Shown here in pieces: positions 59,123 through 64,000 of a DNA stretch of 64,000 bases. A model generated the notes under the pieces. That model did not search any database. It had not been told where the DNA came from and saw only the letters and a list, made by a program, of their open reading frames with translations. The translations under genes and the position numbers were made by a program. Position 1 is the stretch's first letter. Every line of letters begins with the position of its first letter. The stretch covers positions 18,042,001 to 18,106,000 of the forward strand of contig OY740808.1 in the NCBI GenBank assembly GCA_963514005.1, written 5' to 3'. Source of the DNA: Raja brachyura. Lineage: Eukaryota.

Positions 59123-62100
59123 TATAAATAAGAGGCATTCTGTACTTTTATTGCAGTGACTGCAGTTGTGAAATATTTTCACCCCTTTACTTGGGCTGTG
59201 ATATGACAGGAGACCCTCACAGTGCAGACAGATCTTCACTGCACTCTTTCCTTTGGCTCCAGGTCCCCAAGTGAAATCAATGTTGACTCCAGCATTTGGT
59301 TCTTACTCAGTCCCTTGTAGTTACTTGTAGTATTTTGTTAAACAAGAAATGCTATGTTCATTTTAGTAACTTGTTTTTTTATGACCAATTTGTCCAGGAT
59401 TCTAAAGCCAGAATGCTATTGATTTGATGTTTTGGTCTCAGTTCCGCTGTCTGATGCTGAACTGACAAACATCAATAAACCAGAGTCCATGCTCTAACAA
59501 TATGTTGAAAGAGTCCATTGACTATGTTACACGATACAGTCCATCTCCGAGCATCAGAAACCATGCTGACTGCAACACTCTGGTCTTTGTTTGACAATTA
59601 GTTTGCATTGTTTTCAACATTTGTTCTCCCGAGGGTACACACTGGAGTTAAAAATAAATGAGGTGGATAGATCGTGCTTTGAGCCAGTTTCATCCAACCG
59701 TTCACCTGTTGATCTTGTCTGTTTCTCTCGGTCTCACAGGCAGAGAAAACCAATCTCATTCCCAGAGACGCCAGTTGTTGATGAAATGGACCATTGATGA
59801 ACGGGACGATAGTTGCAATCTGTGTGGTTAGAACCTTACAGCATGACCCACCCCTTTTCTAGGGTGGGATCGATAAATGAGCCATGTCTGAATTCTGATA
59901 GGGTCACAGAGTAATTTAACAGTGTAGTTTTTTTATTAAATATATGATCTGCATGAGAACTAATGTAAACCTTGTGTGCCATTGATACATAAAGGGTGTC
60001 ACATTTTTCTCATTAGTGTGCTGGGAATAGATCTCAGCAGATAAACAACGTGTGCATCACACAAGCACTCATTTGAGGGCAAAAAAAGAAAGTTGTCTCT
60101 ACCGTGTAATTTTCCCCTTGATATGATGGCATCAAGTGAATACAAGGATGCAGGCATTTTCAACCTAAAAGGTTTAATCGGCAATTACGATGAGCTGGCA
60201 ATGAACTTCGAGACTATTTGCAGCTTTCTGACTTGTGAAAGACTTGATCAAACACAGAGTGGCTCATTGATTCACTTCAACCTGTTAATTCACTGATATC
60301 CTGGGTAATCCATCGCCACAATCTGTACCCCTTAATATCTTTGGTTAAAACGAAATTAGTCCATCGCATTTTTTAAATTAATATTTTGAGGTGGCATCAT
60401 TTGTCCTGTTCAAAAGAGTATTCTGAACTTGTATCAGGTTTTCTGCGTTAAGGCATTTTCCACATTTGCACCTGAAAGGCCTGGCTTTATATTTTATAGT
60501 CTCTGTTCCCCAGTTTTGCATCCTCAGGACTTTCCTCTCAGTCCCTCCTAACATCATTGTAAATTTCAATTAAATTAGCCATCGACCGTATGCATTACAG
60601 GAAAAGCAACCAAGGTTGAAATAATTCTTCCTTGGAGTCCAAGTATGATTTTGGTAAAATATACTTGAGTCCAAAGGAGATGAGCATTTTCTTCATCTAT
60701 TAATGATGCAAGCTGTCTGTTGATGTCTTTTAAAAAATAGTGCATAGAAATGGGTCTTAATTTAAGCTTGTTCAAAGATTTTTTTTAAATCAATCTTCAA
60801 CTTTTTGGAACCAGCTGCAAAATTAAGCTTCTGCATTTAGCAAGCACTGCAGAATCACTGACTTAAAAATAAAATTTACCCTGGTACATCCATATTGTTC
60901 ATAAATATTTTGCAACACCTTGAAAATGAGACGTGCTCTGTCCTTATTCTGCCACGGTTTGTTACAGGTCACGGGCTTTAATTATTTTTACAATTGTCTG
61001 TTGAAACCCTCCAGAAAAACTGTTGCTCCCAAGTAAGACCAAGGCTGCATTTGAGGTACATTACGCTGTAAAGATTCATGGGCTCTGTGAGTGAGTGAGT
61101 AGAAGATGGTGTCCTCGCGTGCGATGTATATGAAGCATTCTCAACTACAGTGTCAATTTCACAACATTTTTTTGCTTCCAATATCTCACTTCTCTACCCG
61201 CAACCATTTTTGTTTATTTACTTTTGAGATCTTATCGGCAAAGCTGATATTTATGATCTAAACTTCCCTGGTGACACTACAGGAAATGAGTTGGTTTCTT
61301 GAATCTCTATAATCCTGCAGTGGGAATTCCAGGATTTGAACTGAGTGACCACGAATGAATTAAAACTTATTTTCAATTAATACATTTAATTTCCAATTTT
61401 TAAATCTTTCCATTTCCTCATTAATGTATCTTACTCCATTTCTACTAAGCGGTCTCTAGATAATTCAAATTTTAAACTAAGTCAGTGTGATTGGATTGTC
61501 TGGTTTTCCCGCCTCGGATTTTTTACCGTACTGAAATGTTTGCTCACCATTTAGTTTTTTTAGTTTTGCTGATCATTTATGAATGAAAGTTTAACATTGT
61601 TTTACATTTTACAGATATGACCCACCTGTTTCTTCCATTATTTTTAGAGTAGATTTCAGGAGAGGATGCAACCAAGATTATTACATTTTTACAGAGTTTA
61701 TTTTCATAATATTCCTAGAGCTGTGTGGTTGAAAGAACTGGGGACAAACTATTCCAAGTCTCGTATTAGGAAACTGCCACACTTCTCGTGACTGGGGTTC
61801 TGCAAAATAAGCTGGTCTAAAAATGAGATGGGAAAGATATGTGTAGAGCTATAAGAAATTCAGAGTTTTACAGTATAAATTACAGTATAAAAAAGAATAT
61901 TCAGACCAAGGCTGAAAGTGTGAAGGCCTGCGGTGAGAAAAGAGGTTAGTAGTCAGATCTTCTGTTATGGAAACAACCTTTTTCTTAGGTTCAATATTAT
62001 TTCCATACTTAATTCCTCCCGCTCAGCATGCTCCCTGTGTTAAGTATCCTATTGGTGATGTAATGACGGACTCCTGCTATGACAGCTGTTGTGCTGCTTA

Positions 62101-64000
62101 AACAAGGATGATGTCATAGGACAGATTTCTCAGGGAATGTGTATCCTCGCTTGCTTTTGTGTGATCTTGAAGCAGAATGCCCCTCTGAATGACCGCAGGC
62201 ACTGCTCTGCGGTTCACTGAATGCAGGATTTTGGGGGGATACATTTCCATAAATCCTTCTCTCATCACTAGCTACAGCCGTGAGCTTTTATGCTCGGTAT
62301 CCAGGTACATGAAACAAGGAGTTGAACACAGAAGCCTTACAATTACATTCTCCTTTCCTCATCATCCTTGACTTGTGGCTTGATGTTTATTGAACAAAGG
62401 TAGGTGTAAATTGATACTTGATTTTAGTACAGCTATCGTCTTATACAACAGTGAATAGTGGTTGCTCAGCTGGATGTTAACCTTCCGTGATGATTCAATT
62501 CACAGAATCTCTGCTGTAGCTCCAGAATTGTATTGGCTAGCAGTGCTATGTTTTTTTTAAATTACTAGGTGAAAACTAATATTTGATGACTAGCAGTCAT
62601 CAATATTTAGTGAAGCCTGATGGGATGCAAAAATTGGAACAATCTTGGGTCTTTGTGTTAGTTTATTTTTCTCCTGAATGAGGTGAATCTGAATATTTAT
62701 TCCCTCGCCATTTCACAAACAAATACTTCATCCGAGGTGACAATTTCACAAGCAGTTTCCCCCACCCCCAATCCTTTACTTAAGCGGGTACTTCTCTCTT
62801 GCTGTGATAGCCAGGTCTCGAGGTCGATTGAACCCACAGAGCCACAAGAGGAGCACAGCTGAACATGGCTTAATTGGGTGATCTGCTATTCTGATTGTAA
62901 ATGGGGGATAAATCTTTGGATACCACGGCTAGCAGCTGATCTTTGAACCGATACCTTACTCTTGTTGCTCTGTATCTCAGTTATATAATCATGGAGCTGT
63001 ACAGCACAGAAACAGACCCTTTGGCCCAACCCGTCCATGCTGACCAAGTCGCTTCATTGAACTTGTTCTAGTTGCCTGTGCTTAGTCCATATCCCTCAAA
63101 TTCTATTCTATCCATGTATCTCTCCTTGTATGTTATAAATGTTATTGTCTGGTTCCTTATACCCACCACAATCTGAAAATGTTAAACGTCCCTTTTTAAT
63201 TTCCCCTCTCTTAAATCTATGCACTCGAGTTTTAGACTCCACTACTCTGGGGAAAAGATTGGCAGTTCATCTTATCCATGCTCACGATTTTATAAACCTC
63301 TGTTTGGTCACCCCTCAGTTTCCTACACTCCAGGGGGAAAAAAGGTGCTAGGTTATCCAGCCACTCCATATAACTCAAACCACAACATCCCAACTCCTTT
63401 ACTCAGTACCCTGACCCTTCCCACCTGTGTCGCACTTTCAAGGAACTATATATCTCTAGCCCATGGTCTCTCACTTCCACAACACTCCCCTATTTTTACC
63501 TTGATGGCTCAGTTTGCCCAGTTGAGGATGAATTATGATCCAGAAGCATCCATTCCTATTAAAGCTGATCTCTGGGAACACTAAATTATTCATTGCCTAG
63601 AGAGTTTTCAAATAAAATGTTCATCATGGCTGGCAATATTTTGCTTGTGCACTGAACTGAAGACGCCGTAACAACTGATAGTTTTCCAGAACCAAAGCCC
63701 ATTCGGGAAAGTTACCAGTTCAATCGATGATCGGTTTCCATTCTTTAATAAGCTGTCTGCTCTGACATTGACTGTTAATGTATTCAAGTGTTTTGTAAAG
63801 GTCATTTTTTTCAATAGTTAGAATCAAGTTCTGCATATAAAACTGTTGAAAGAGTGTTTGTGGAAATATTCTGATAGCTTCATATCCTAGTTTCCACAGA
63901 TGTTTACCATTTGTTATTTTGAAGTAATAATTTTTAATATTAACTGGGAATTTGATTCAACTGAAGCATTTGATTTGACCAGATGGTTCTCAATACAGTT

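Noticed and set aside
59848-59870. Short hairpin cccaccc-cttttcta-gggtggg downstream of TFIP11
   Set aside because: A 7-bp stem is expected by chance in 64 kb and matches no RNA motif I recognise
63600-63960. Stop-poor minus-strand frames near the window end
   Set aside because: No recognisable protein motif or convincing splice sites; cannot be supported as an exon

Overview
Vertebrate genomic DNA. The HE1-type SINEs, HER1/CR1 LINEs and Penelope elements suggest a cartilaginous fish, most likely a skate or ray (inference). Three intron-containing genes could be assembled by hand with consistent splice phases. (1) The 3' part of a divergent CLUH-like gene on + (17 exons, 2606-34026, ~896 aa; the 5' end lies upstream of the window). 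(2) SRRD on - (7 coding exons, 41361-36591, 296 aa, one GC-AG intron). (3) TFIP11 on + (12 coding exons, 42113-59122, 830 aa). SRRD and TFIP11 are head-to-head across a CpG island that contains a C-rich minisatellite. Introns carry many CR1, Penelope, SINE and MITE fragments. The most striking structure is an apparently perfect ~2-kb palindrome inside a CLUH-like intron (two 973-bp arms, 22-bp spacer, 17403-19370), with microhomology at its junctions. Also notable: decayed minimal hammerhead-ribozyme motifs in Penelope termini, a tandem (CTAA)n branch-point array in TFIP11, and an inverted CR1 pair flanking an in-frame exon block. All homology calls come from recalled family motifs, not from database searches.
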